Assembly (NCBI GenBank): GCA_965203295.1 | Contig: CBDBCZ010000016.1 | Span: forward strand, 1,216,001 to 1,280,000 | Origin: Nitrospirales bacterium | GTDB taxonomy: Bacteria > Nitrospirota > Nitrospiria > Nitrospirales > UBA8639 | DNA: 64,000 nt | Reading direction: 5' to 3' | Notes under the pieces: model-generated | Told to the model about the DNA's origin: nothing | Seen by the model: the letters and a program-made list of their open reading frames with translations, nothing else | The model's database searches: none | Program-made: the position numbers and the translations under genes | Shown here: positions 49,349-60,640 of the stretch, in pieces | Numbering within the stretch: position 1 is the first letter of the stretch | Layout of the letters: each line of letters opens with the position of its first letter

Positions 49349-49756
49349 ACGGAACTATTGTCTGCTGTACAAGTACACGTGTATGCAAGACAAAGTTTAT
49401 TAACTGTCTACTGTCCGATCACGTAACGTAGGAGTTCAAGGTCCTGCGGAATGAAAAGAATAGGATGATCAGTCTACGTAATGGCAACGCGCCACTCTAA
49501 GATGGCGCCACTTATTGAACTTCGAGTATTTTTCTCTCTAAAAGAGCGCCACAGTTGATAATTAATTTTTTTTTAGTGGCGCGTTAATAAGAGCGGATAC
49601 GGTACATCACGCTTTATTATTGGCGAGGAATTTAATTTGGCCAATTAAAGTCCTCGCCGCTATACGGCATTCTATGATTGTGCACAAACTGTAGCAAAAG
49701 TTATCAGGCTGATTGATCAAACCTGGCACTACTGCTCCTCAGTATTTGCAGTCATA

Positions 49757-51601
49757 ATGGACTTTGTTGTTGTAGTAGCAATTCTACACCTTCTAAGTAG
49801 TTTGGTAGTCGTGGAGTGTGATACTACCCAGTGTACCAGCAAGGAGAGCTGCAACTTTGGAATTACAACCAATCAAGTGCCCAGTGAAGTGGACAGTAAC
49901 ACCAGTTGCGAGAACACCTGGTTCTTTCCAGCCCCCGATGATGACCATACCTGTGAGTGTGGTAGTACTGTAGGGAGTAAAGTGAGATGCGACAATGCCA
50001 CCAAGGAAGTGGATATTCTTGACTGCTACTGCATGACATACAGCGAGGACGACCACTCAACAGTGCTTGGACAGTGTGTGTATGGTTGTAGTCATAAATC
50101 AAGTTACCACTCTCTCCCGTCCAACATTTCTCAGCTGAATGAAGAGGTTTGTGGATGGCTTAATCGTGATGGTCAATTGTGTGGTAGATGCAAAGATGGT
50201 TTTGCACCAGCAGTATATTCCTACAGCTTAAGTTGTGTAGAGTGCAAGGATTATCACTATAATTGGGTAAAGTACGCAGTGGTTTCATTATTACCCCTGA
50301 CTGTGTTCTTTTTTGTTATCACATTTACTAGAATTAAACTACTTTCGGGTGCATGGTCTGGTTACATTTTGATCAGTCAAGTACTGTCAACACCTCTTCT
50401 CATGCGTGTATTTCAGCTACATCACAACACATTCCACTTCACTCTAGGTATTCTTAGTGTACCTTATGGTGTCTCAAATCTCGATTTTTTTCGTCTTCTA
50501 TACCCACCATTTTGCATACATCCTCACATGTCCACCATCCAGGCTTTAGCATTGGACTACATTACAGCTGCTTATCCCCTGGCCCTAATTGTAATCACTT
50601 ATTTTCTGGTTGTACTGTACGACAACAATGTAAGGGTAATTGTGTGGCTATGGAAGCCCTTTCATTACTGCTCTGTTCGTTTTAGAAGGAACTGGAATAT
50701 CAAAAGTTCGTTAGTTGATTCTTTTGCTACCTTCATTATTTTATCTTACATGAAATTTTTGGACGTATCTATCAATCTTTTGATTCCAGTTCGTCTTTTT
50801 AATATTCATGGGAAGTCAGTTGGGATATATCTTTTTTATGATGCCACAGTTAAGTATTTCAGCAAAGAGCACCTTCCATATGCATTCCTGGCCCTTGGAG
50901 TATTCTTGACTTTCAATGTTTTCCCAGTCTTACTGTTGAGCTTGTATCCCTGTCAATGTTTTCAGAAATGCATAAACCGCTGCAGGCTTAGTAACTGTCA
51001 GGCACTGCATATATTTATGGACGCCTTTCAAGGTTGCTACAAGAATGGAACAAATGGTACAAAAGATTGTAGGTGGTATGCAGCAGTGTACTTGTGGATT
51101 CGAATTGCATTTTTCATTGTGAGTGCAGTAGCTCTTTCAGATTTACGGTTACCTTTTGTTACATTTGTTCACCTCATTATGCTGATTCTAGTTACTGTAT
51201 TCCATCCCTACAAGTCTGCTACTTTCAACACTGTTGAAACAATTTTATTTTTTGTAATGGCTTTCATACTTGTATCAGCCATGGCACATGTTATATCGCA
51301 CTATATAGTCCATCACTTCCAGAAAATGCTGGATGTAATTGGTAGCATTTTCGCGATTGTTCCATTCATATATGTACTGGCAGTTCTGCTGTACAGGCTG
51401 CTATTCCATAGCCACCGTGTGCAAACAGTCTACCGAAAGTTCAAGACTTGGCTATTGTACTACTGCAAAGATTCAATTACTCACGCAGACTCACAGGAGT
51501 CACTGCCAGACAGAATAGCTTATGACCATCCAGAAGAGAACACAGCCCTACTACCTGTGCCGATGCAATCGGATAGCGATTCTGAGGCTACTTATTATTA
51601 A
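49757..51601 (+). CDS. Receptor copy B1b, intact, 614 aa (signal peptide, Cys-rich ectodomain, ~9-10 TM)
   Basis: Intact ORF with family motifs and tail SLPDRIAYDHPEE...ATYY. Confidence 0.92.
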   Translation: MDFVVVVAILHLLSSLVVVECDTTQCTSKESCNFGITTNQVPSEVDSNTSCENTWFFPAPDDDHTCECGSTVGSKVRCDNATKEVDILDCYCMTYSEDDHSTVLGQCVYGCSHKSSYHSLPSNISQLNEEVCGWLNRDGQLCGRCKDGFAPAVYSYSLSCVECKDYHYNWVKYAVVSLLPLTVFFFVITFTRIKLLSGAWSGYILISQVLSTPLLMRVFQLHHNTFHFTLGILSVPYGVSNLDFFRLLYPPFCIHPHMSTIQALALDYITAAYPLALIVITYFLVVLYDNNVRVIVWLWKPFHYCSVRFRRNWNIKSSLVDSFATFIILSYMKFLDVSINLLIPVRLFNIHGKSVGIYLFYDATVKYFSKEHLPYAFLALGVFLTFNVFPVLLLSLYPCQCFQKCINRCRLSNCQALHIFMDAFQGCYKNGTNGTKDCRWYAAVYLWIRIAFFIVSAVALSDLRLPFVTFVHLIMLILVTVFHPYKSATFNTVETILFFVMAFILVSAMAHVISHYIVHHFQKMLDVIGSIFAIVPFIYVLAVLLYRLLFHSHRVQTVYRKFKTWLLYYCKDSITHADSQESLPDRIAYDHPEENTALLPVPMQSDSDSEATYY

Positions 51602-52988
51602 CTTGGACAGAGGCTGAAAGAACAAGATAACGATATACAAAGGAGTCGTAAACGTGTTGTGATTCTGATATACTTGAATGAATGTTAGTGTATTTACATC
51701 CACATAGTTATAGTTATCTGAATGTATATGCTATTTCCTGTTTCTGTTACCAATGAATGACATTGTAGTAAAGTGTTCAGTGTGTCTGAGAACAAACTAT
51801 GCATAAACAGCAACCACACTTACTACATTCTTCAATATGCAGCTCATGCAGAACATGATAACAATAATATAAAGGAGCCTTAAACTTGTTGTGATTGTGA
51901 TATAGCTACTTGAATGAATGTTAGTGTATTTACATCCACATAGTATTAATTATCTGACTGTATTGTTTTATCTTGATTGCTAAATGTATATGATATTTTC
52001 TGTTTTTGTTACCATTGAATGACATTGTAGTAATGTGTTCAGTGTATCTGAGAACAAACTATTCATAAACAGCAACTACAAGTGCATTGTAAAATTCCCT
52101 CCGAACCTTAATGCATTCTTCAGTTTGAAGCCCACCACTAGCGGAATTTGCAGAATCTTTGCAACACTGTATAAGGCTCAGAACTCAGCATGATCCTTAT
52201 ATGGAAGGCACTGTTTACTTTGATGCAAGAGTGACTTCTTAATCATTCATTCACCCACCCATTATTTTACTTAGCAGCTCCTGAGCTCAAGCCTACAGTG
52301 TTTCAAAGATTCTGCAAAGTTTTGTACCAATGATCTGTTTCAGCAATCATTACATGTACCTCAGCCTAGTTTGCAAGCATAAATAATCTCATGCAGTGAC
52401 TCTCCATGCATGATACATGTATAATATTTGTAGTACTACAACAAAATTGCTATCTTAAATATTATCGTTTTTGAGTGGAAACTTAAAGGAATAAACTAGC
52501 CTCGTTCCCAGAATCCACTGCCAGAATTTTTTTTGCACATTGGAATATTTCTTGTCTCTGCAGTTCAGGCAATTAATAGCACACAAGCGGGAATGTTTTC
52601 ATATGCATGTTGTAAAGAATCCCAACTAAAATTCATGTAGAGCCATACATGTACATATACTGCTATATGCATAGCCTGTACATGTAGCAGAAATCATTAG
52701 TCTGAGTGTACAAACCTGGCACTACTCCCTTTGAATAACAGAAGGTTTCCTGTTCTGCGTCAGGGGAAACCTCAAAGGAAATACATGACAGAATTTTGAC
52801 GGGAACCACAAGGAAACACGAAGACATAGCATGTTTCTCTAAATGACATTGGAGACATGCAGTGTTTTCATTTCCTTGAGGATCCTATCAAAATTCTGTT
52901 GTGTTTCCTTACAAGTTTCCCTCGATGCAGAGCAGGAAGCTCTTGTTTATCACAGTAACTGCTCCTCAGCAGTAATTTTGCAGGAACA

Positions 52989-53153
52989 ATGGTTTACTTC
53001 GTTGTTGTAGCAGCAATTATTCTGCACCTTCTGGTAGCCGTGGAGTGTGATACTACCCAGTGTACCAGCAAGGAGAGCTGCAACTTTGGAATTATGCATT
53101 CCACTGTGTTAGGAGTATTAGTCAGAATAATGCATGAAAATGTGCAAGTGTGA
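52989..53153 (+). pseudogene. 5' receptor fragment mini-ORF (54 aa), second copy
   Basis: Paralog of 40110-40280, differing by substitutions and frame-preserving indels. Confidence 0.75.
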
Positions 53154-54690
53154 GAGCTCTGTTTGATTGTGGGAATCTTGTGGATTTGTGCAGCTTTACT
53201 CAGTCCCATCTACTTTCAGGAATGTACCAAACTATAACTCACTACATGTATAATGAGTGTATTAAATCAGTCTGCTCACCCAGATCATGTAGTACTTGAC
53301 CTCACACCAAAACAAATCCCAGTATGGGGCAAGTATGTGTGGACATACATGAAAAACACCCTACTGGCTATTACTCTACTCTCTGTATCTCCTAATCCCA
53401 TGGCAGTCCCAAAATTAAAATAATACCATCTCAACATGAAGATCTAGAGAACATTTGGAAAAAAATTAAAACAATTGAAGAATCCGTTTTTCAAGGGGGC
53501 AAAGGTCAAGTATATAAACCATGACCTTTGACCTCAACATAATCAAATTATCACTTGCAATATATCAACTGAAAGGGTATCTACTAAGGTACAAGATGGT
53601 GCAATTTTCATCTTGCACAGACAATCGTAGTAATAGTTATGGTCAATTATGTAGAAGCAGGTAGCCGAAAATTTGACAAACAAATTAGTTTTTGGCTGGC
53701 TGTAACACAGAAGCCGTACAATGTGTGAGGTTAATAATCACTGTGAATTAATAACTTCACATAGGGTACATACCTACCAAGTTTCGTGGAAATCTGAGGG
53801 GGTCGTCATTTTTTTGTGTTGATTTGGCATGGAATTACCCATCTACAAGGTATTGTTTTGACTGTATGTATATATTGTCTTGATGTATGTATCACTGCAA
53901 AATTGAAAGGGTAGTTTTTAAACCTTATCTCAGTTGCAGCTGCATTACCAAACTTGCAGCTTTACTGCAGGAAGCCAATAACAATGGGAATTCGAAAATG
54001 AATGCACTAACTAATTGTTTATGGTATTTTGATAAGAGAAACTGAATCCTTGGAATAACTATAGGAGTGCTGCAGAATCTAATCCCTGTTACTAAATACC
54101 ATAAACAATCAGTAAGTTCTTTCTTCTGTAAGGATCGAGACGAAATCTCAGCACTCCTATTATCATTTCAAGGATTCAGTTGCTCTTACCAAATATCGTA
54201 AAGAATTAGCTTGTGTATTCATTTCGAATACTGGCTTCCTGCGGTAGGAGTTAGGCCTCAATAGTTACTTACTTAACGTTTCATTAATTATCGTTTCTAA
54301 AGTCGTTTCATTAAAAGTCGTTTCTCAACAAACGAAGGAATTTACATCTATAGAGGTACACATAAATGGAATTAAAGACAAAACTACTAAATTTTACCCT
54401 CGATATACTTTCAATTAGCCTCATGTAAATGTTAATCACGCATATAATAAATGCTTAAACTTTGGGCACTCCCTCTAGGACAGTTATGACAATTGTGCAT
54501 GGTTACCTTAATAGAAATAATATATACTTTTATGCAGATAAAATACTTCCAGGTTAATGAAATGTTAAATTTCATAAGGACGTAACTAATGAGGCATAAC
54601 TCCTACCCACATATACTCAGACATCTGCAATTTGGGCAACCAGCTAGTAGGCATAAGTGACTGGTCCTCAGTAATAATTTTGCAGGAACA

Positions 54691-56538
54691 ATGGTTTACT
54701 TCGTTGTTGTAGCCGCAACTCTACACCTTCTAAGTAGTCTGGTAGCCGTGGAGTGTGATACTACTCAGTGTACCAGCAAGAAGAGCTGCAACTTTGGAAT
54801 TACAACCAATCAAGTGCCCAGTGAAGTGGACAGTAACACCAGTTGCGAGAACACCTGGTTCTTTCCAGCCCCCGATGATGACCATACCTGTGAGTGTGGT
54901 AGTACTGTAGGGAATAAAGTGAGATGCAACAATGCCACCAAGGAAGTGGATATTCTTGACTGCTACTGCATGACATACAGCGAGGACGACCACTCAACAG
55001 TGCTTGGAAAATGTGTGTATGGTTGTAGTCATAAATCAAGTTACCACTCTCTCCCGTCCAACATTTCTCAGCTGAATGAACAGGTTTGTGGATTTCTTAA
55101 TCGTGAAGGTCAATTGTGTGGTAGATGCAAAGACGGTTTCGCACCAGCAGTATACTCCTACAGTTTAAGTTGTGTAGAGTGCAAGGATTATCACTATAAC
55201 TGGGTGAAGTATGCAGTGGTTTCATTATTACCCCTGACTGTGTTCTTTTTTGTTATCACACTTACTAGAATTAAACTACTTTCGGGTGCATGGTCTGGTT
55301 ACATTTTGATCAGTCAAGTACTGTCAACACCTCTTCTCATGCGTGTATTTCAGCTACATCACAACACATTCCACTTCACTCAAGGTTTTCTTAGTATACC
55401 TTATGGTGTCTCAAATCTCGATTTTTTTCGTCTTTTATATCCACCTTTTTGCCTACATCCTCACATGTCCACCATCCAGGCTTTAGCATTGGACTACATT
55501 ACAGCTGCTTATCCCCTGGTCCTAATTGTAATCACTTACTTTCTGGTTGTACTGTACGACAGCAATGTAAGGGTAATTGTGTGGCTATGGAAGCCCTTTC
55601 ATTACTGCTCTGTTCGTTTTAGAAGAAACTGGAGTATTAAAAGTTCGTTAGTCGATTCCTTTGCTACCTTCATTATTTTATCCTACACGAAATTTTTGGA
55701 TGTATCTATCAATCTTTTGATTCCAGTTCGTCTTTTTAATATTCATGGGAAGTCAGTCGGTCTGTATCTTTTTTATGATGCCACAGTTAAGTATTTCAGC
55801 AAACAGCACCTTCCATATGCATTCCTGGTCCTTGGAGTATTCCTGACTTTTAATGTGTTCCCAGTCTTACTGTTGAGCTTGTATCCCTGTCAATGTTTTC
55901 AGAAATGCTTGAATCGCTGCAGGCTTAGTAACTGTCAGGCACTGCATATATTCATGGACGCCTTTCAAGGTTGCTACAAGGATGGAACAAATGGTACAAA
56001 AGATTGTAGGTGGTATGCAGCAGCGCACTTGTGGGCTCGAATTGCATTTTTCATTGTCAGTGCAATATCTCTTTTAGGTTTATGGATACCTTTTGTAGCA
56101 TTTGGATTTCTCATTATGCTGATTTTAGTTACTGTTTTCCATCCCTACAAGTCTCCTGCTTTTAACACTGTTGAAACAATCTTATTTTTTGTAATGGTCT
56201 TCATACTTGTATCAGCCATGGCACATATTATATCGGACTATATAGTCCACGACTTCCAGAAAATGTTGGATGTATTTAGTAGCATTTTCGCGATTGTTCC
56301 ATTCATATATGTACTGGCAGTCTTGCTGTACAGGCTGCTATTCCATAGCCACTGTGTACAAACAGTCTACCGAAAGTTCAAGACTTGCCTACTATGCTAC
56401 TGCAAAGATTCAATTACTCACGCAGACTCACAAGAGTCACTGCCAGACAGAATGGCTTACGACCATCCAGAAGAAAACACAGCCCTACTACATGTGCCAG
56501 TGCAATCGGATAGCGAGTCTGAAGCTACTTATTATTAA
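54691..56538 (+). CDS. Receptor copy B2b, intact, 615 aa
   Basis: Intact ORF; B2 subtype (GFLNREG, FTQGFL, LLGLWIP). Confidence 0.92.
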   Translation: MVYFVVVAATLHLLSSLVAVECDTTQCTSKKSCNFGITTNQVPSEVDSNTSCENTWFFPAPDDDHTCECGSTVGNKVRCNNATKEVDILDCYCMTYSEDDHSTVLGKCVYGCSHKSSYHSLPSNISQLNEQVCGFLNREGQLCGRCKDGFAPAVYSYSLSCVECKDYHYNWVKYAVVSLLPLTVFFFVITLTRIKLLSGAWSGYILISQVLSTPLLMRVFQLHHNTFHFTQGFLSIPYGVSNLDFFRLLYPPFCLHPHMSTIQALALDYITAAYPLVLIVITYFLVVLYDSNVRVIVWLWKPFHYCSVRFRRNWSIKSSLVDSFATFIILSYTKFLDVSINLLIPVRLFNIHGKSVGLYLFYDATVKYFSKQHLPYAFLVLGVFLTFNVFPVLLLSLYPCQCFQKCLNRCRLSNCQALHIFMDAFQGCYKDGTNGTKDCRWYAAAHLWARIAFFIVSAISLLGLWIPFVAFGFLIMLILVTVFHPYKSPAFNTVETILFFVMVFILVSAMAHIISDYIVHDFQKMLDVFSSIFAIVPFIYVLAVLLYRLLFHSHCVQTVYRKFKTCLLCYCKDSITHADSQESLPDRMAYDHPEENTALLHVPVQSDSESEATYY

Positions 56539-58254
56539 CTTGGACGGAGCCTGAAGAACAAGATAGCAATATATACAGGAGCCGTAAAGCTCGTTGCGAT
56601 TGCATACTTGTTAGTGTATTCACATTTACTTTAGTTATTTGACTGTATGCATATTGTGTCGTCTTGATTGCTACATGTACATGCCATTTTCTGTTGCTGT
56701 AACTATTTAATGCAATTGAATGTAATAAAGTGTTCAGTGTGTCTGAGTATAAAATATGCAAAAACGACAACCACAAGTCCATTGTAACGTACCTCAGCCT
56801 GATTATTAACATGCATAAATATTTAAATCAACACTCATGCTGTGACTCGCATATGATCACATCTTTCTGTAGCCAGTATAATACAAAGCAGATATCTGGT
56901 ATGCTGCACCCTAGGCCTGTTCATAATGAGAACGCACTCGCTACATTTAGTAACTTTTCGCATATTTTACTTCACTATAGTAAAAAGGTATAGTCTTTTC
57001 TCCATTGAGCATAGGAAACAGAAATGTGCATATATTAAATGGCTTAAAACATGACAGCTCTAGCCTCCTTCCCAGGCTCCACCCACAAGCTTTTCATCAC
57101 ACCGTGTATAAAAAAAGAGTGTGACGGAAAGCTAGGGGAGCGGAGCCTGAGAACAAAACAAAGACAGCTCTATGTTCTATTATATTAGCCTCGTTCCCAG
57201 GCTCTAAAGCTTGTCAGTAGAGCCTGGGAACGAGGCTATCATATAAAGACTAAGCTATACGTGGGCATACACAGTAGCAGGGCAAAATTGTCATCTTAAT
57301 CATTATCATTCATAAGTGTTTGTCTAGCCTCACTCCCGATCTCCACAGGCTGCTCTACTTTGCATGTTGGGAAAAGGTGGCAGTGGAGACTGGGAACGAA
57401 GCTAGAAATAAACATCTAACTACAGTCATGTTTTTTTTTAATTGCTGAGATGGTACACATTAATGTTTACTACATGGATATTCAGTTTCTTTTGATTGGT
57501 GTTCAGTATGGCTGATGACAACTATACATAAAAAGCCATTAGCAATACAGCAACGTTAACCACAATTGCACAGTAAATCCCTTCCTCAGCAGCTTGCCAC
57601 TAACAATGAGTAGTTTCAACAATCATACTTCGGCCTAATTAACATGCCTAAGTACTGAGTCATTGCTCAGTGCTTTCCCAGACAGGAGAACTGGAGACTA
57701 GTGTCACTGAAGAACTACCACTCTGCCCCTCACCTGGCACAGCTGCTGCTCAGGGTGGTATATCTTTGAGTGCTGGCTGTAGATAGATAGATGTGATTGG
57801 TATATGTATAGAGTCATAGTCTTGTGTGCCAGTATCTTGGGAAGACTGGCACTTGAAGTCCTGGGGTAATTAGTGGGGGACCAGGGAGTGGTATTTGACT
57901 GACCTCTTTCCCAGGCTTCCCCCACGTGCACTCGCGAACTGTTCATCTTCACGAATGCATGTTGGGGAGTGGGGGGAGCCTGGGAACGAGGTTAGCTACA
58001 ACAATAATGTCTGTTTGCATGCCTAATCCAAGCTACACTTAGTACAGGTGTTAACCTAGCCCCGCACCTGGGTACGAGGCAAATGTTGGCCCTCTGGGTG
58101 CAGTACCCACTTTCATACGTCTTGTATGTAGTCAGCAAATGTTTACACAACCCTACCGTGGTATGCATAACTAGTTAGGGCCTTTATTCCACCTACAATA
58201 CCGGTATGCGGGTTTGAATCCAGCGCATGTCCAAATTTGTTTACACACTGAGGT

Positions 58255-58820
58255 CAGGGTTCTATCTAGGATTTTGAGTTTGGGGGAGAAGATCAGGCTT
58301 GAAATTGATGGTGGGAGGGGGGGCTGCGACCACAGGCCGGAGTTTTGTAGGGGGGTTTGGGGGCATGCTCCCCCAGAAAAAAATTGTAATTTTGAGCCTT
58401 GTGAGAGTGGTTCTGAGGTATTCTAAGACAGTTTTGAGGTCCTGGTAGCTGTGGTATTACAGACACATTCTTAGCTAGTGTACCATACATTGCAAGTAAG
58501 TCCTTTAAAGATTGCAAGTAAGTCAAAGTTTCCCTTGCCGAAAATCATCTAGTGTAGTACGTGAACCAAAGTAAAAGAAGTGTTATTAATTAACCAAATG
58601 GGGGAAGCAGTAGCAAAAACATGACATGAGTGTGAAGAAGACATACTCAAGTGGACACTGGAAGTAGCATATGAATAAAGTTATCATGTTCTCACTGTAT
58701 GTTGCAGTTCTTGACACTACTTTCACTTAATTAAATTTAATTGCCAGAAATTTTGGGGGGGAAGCTGGAGTGTTTGGGGGGGAACCTCCCCCCCCGCCCC
58801 CCCCAGTAGATAGAACCCTG
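58255..58820. mobile_element. hAT5-like MITE (566 bp), present in only one repeat unit
   Basis: 14-bp TIR CAGGGTTCTATCTA / TAGATAGAACCCTG and a 5-bp TSD GAGGT. The empty site is at ~45363-45367 (GAAGT) in the other unit. Confidence 0.85.
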
Positions 58821-59309
58821 GAGGTTATTATTTGATTAGGGTGAATGACACATACACTCACTCAGGCTGCCCCACAATACCTTGCTTTTGACTAGTACAT
58901 ATTTAGTGATTAATGGTCTCATCAGTAAGGCCCAAATTTTTTTAACGTATGCACTCACCTTTGTAATCTGCTCCACTCTCTTCAACAGACAATTGCAGTT
59001 AGTCGCATCGCTGCAGCAGGAATACAAATGTGTTGCACAGATCCCAAAATCACACACAAGCACTGAGAGACATGGATGAGAAGGCAAAAAAAAAATCTGA
59101 TAGCTAGCTAAAGTGCAGCTGATGCTTACACCATTTAAATTTTGTAAGGATTGTAATCCGTAAAAGTTCTGTGGTGTAGCTAATTCATATCTTGTTTGGT
59201 AATATTTTTTTGCGATTCCATCCCTACGTGCTTTTTCATTATTAGCAATATTGTCAGTGAATTGTTAGCCTCAGAACTTCGGCACGTATGCATAGGTCTA
59301 CGATGATTT

Positions 59310-59487
59310 GAAGGGCTGAGAACCAGAATGGTCTAACCCCTTCCCAAACTTGAGAACACTCTTAAAATGTGTTTCAGGAGCTGGTCAAGATGAAATTTTT
59401 GGTGATAGGATATCCACATTTTCCTTCATTTTTGTGCAATTTTCAGTACTTAATTTTGGGTTACACCACTATGGTTCTCAGCCCTTC
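59310..59487. mobile_element. Sola1-like MITE, duplicate of 45853-46030
   Basis: Same TIR and ATTT TSD at the homologous position. Confidence 0.7.
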
Positions 59488-60640
59488 ATTTGTTCTTAGA
59501 ATGTTCAGCTGTGAAGGAAACTCATGAATAATTCATATCAGTACCCTACATACAACTCATATACTCAATAATGAACTCCCACAACCTCATGCATACTACT
59601 GCATGCATGTGACGTACAGTACATGTATAGCGAGAATATTTGGCGAACATTAAATTTGGCGAAAAACGTCGCGAATTTTAAATTTGGCGCCGACGTAGCC
59701 TTCTAACAAGCTTATCTTACGATCCAGCAGCTTGGAGACGGACGTAGAAGCCTTTCGCGCTTCACTGATTCTCAACGACATATTTCCTAATCCGTCTCCC
59801 GTGCGTATGCGGCGGCGTTAAGGGATTGGTTCTGTTTGTCCACTCAAAAATCGGGCTATCTCGCGATTTACAGGGTTAAGCGATTGTCAAACCCGACAGT
59901 AACATTGAAATCTAAAAAAAGTCAATTTATGTGTACCTGATAGCGACCAAAGCGATTTCTATTCTCCGTATTTCCAGCTCTCTCTTGTTCAATACGGTAA
60001 AATCCGTCATTTTAATACGGTCAAGAACTGGAATACGACAGAGGGCGGGCATATGCGGTTTCAGGACACGGGGTTCATACCGGAGTATACCATAGATAAT
60101 ATAGCCATACCTTAGGCTATTATCTATGAGTATACGTAGAGAGGCGTCCGTGTCATTTATACGGCAATCGGTCACGCCCTTAGCTTGAATGCGGCACGAG
60201 CACGCGGTAAACGAGCCTTGCAAGCATAGATACTATACTAACTATAGTTCAAGCTAGTCCACGAGGCCAGGCAAGTCTACAGTCCAAGGGTCCCATTTGT
60301 AAAAAAAAAATGTAGCGCGGGTATGTCTCTGCTAGAGACTTCTAGTTACGACGTGTATCTTACTTGCTTCAAGGTCACACACTCACACGCTTCGGGTTTA
60401 AGTCTCGAGATAGAATGCGCTTTACAACCTTGTTTGCCTCAAGTTCGATGGAGAGGGGAATCGCCATACGATCGCGCGTGGGTGATTACATCACGCTTTA
60501 TTATTGGCGAGGAATTTAATTTGGCCAATTAAAGTCCTCGCCGCTATACGGCATTCTATGATTGTGCACAAACTGTAGCAAAAGTTATCAGTCTGATTGA
60601 TCAAACCTGGCACTACTGCTCCTCAGTCTTTGCAGGCATA

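Larger units (their letters stand above)
47057..49602 (+). mobile_element. pogo-superfamily (DD35D, Passer/POGK-like) DNA transposon, 2546 bp, with two ORFs
   Basis: Perfect 28-bp TIR CCGTATCCGCTCTTATTAACGCGCCACT (47057-47084 and 49575-49602), TA TSD, and the empty site GTGAT-TA-CATCAC at 60482-60494 in the paralogous unit. Confidence 0.97.

Noticed and set aside
49757..51601. Calling the array genes GPCRs
   Set aside because: About 9-10 hydrophobic segments by eye and no recognisable rhodopsin (DRY, NPxxY in TM7), GPS/GAIN or Frizzled signature; left as orphan.
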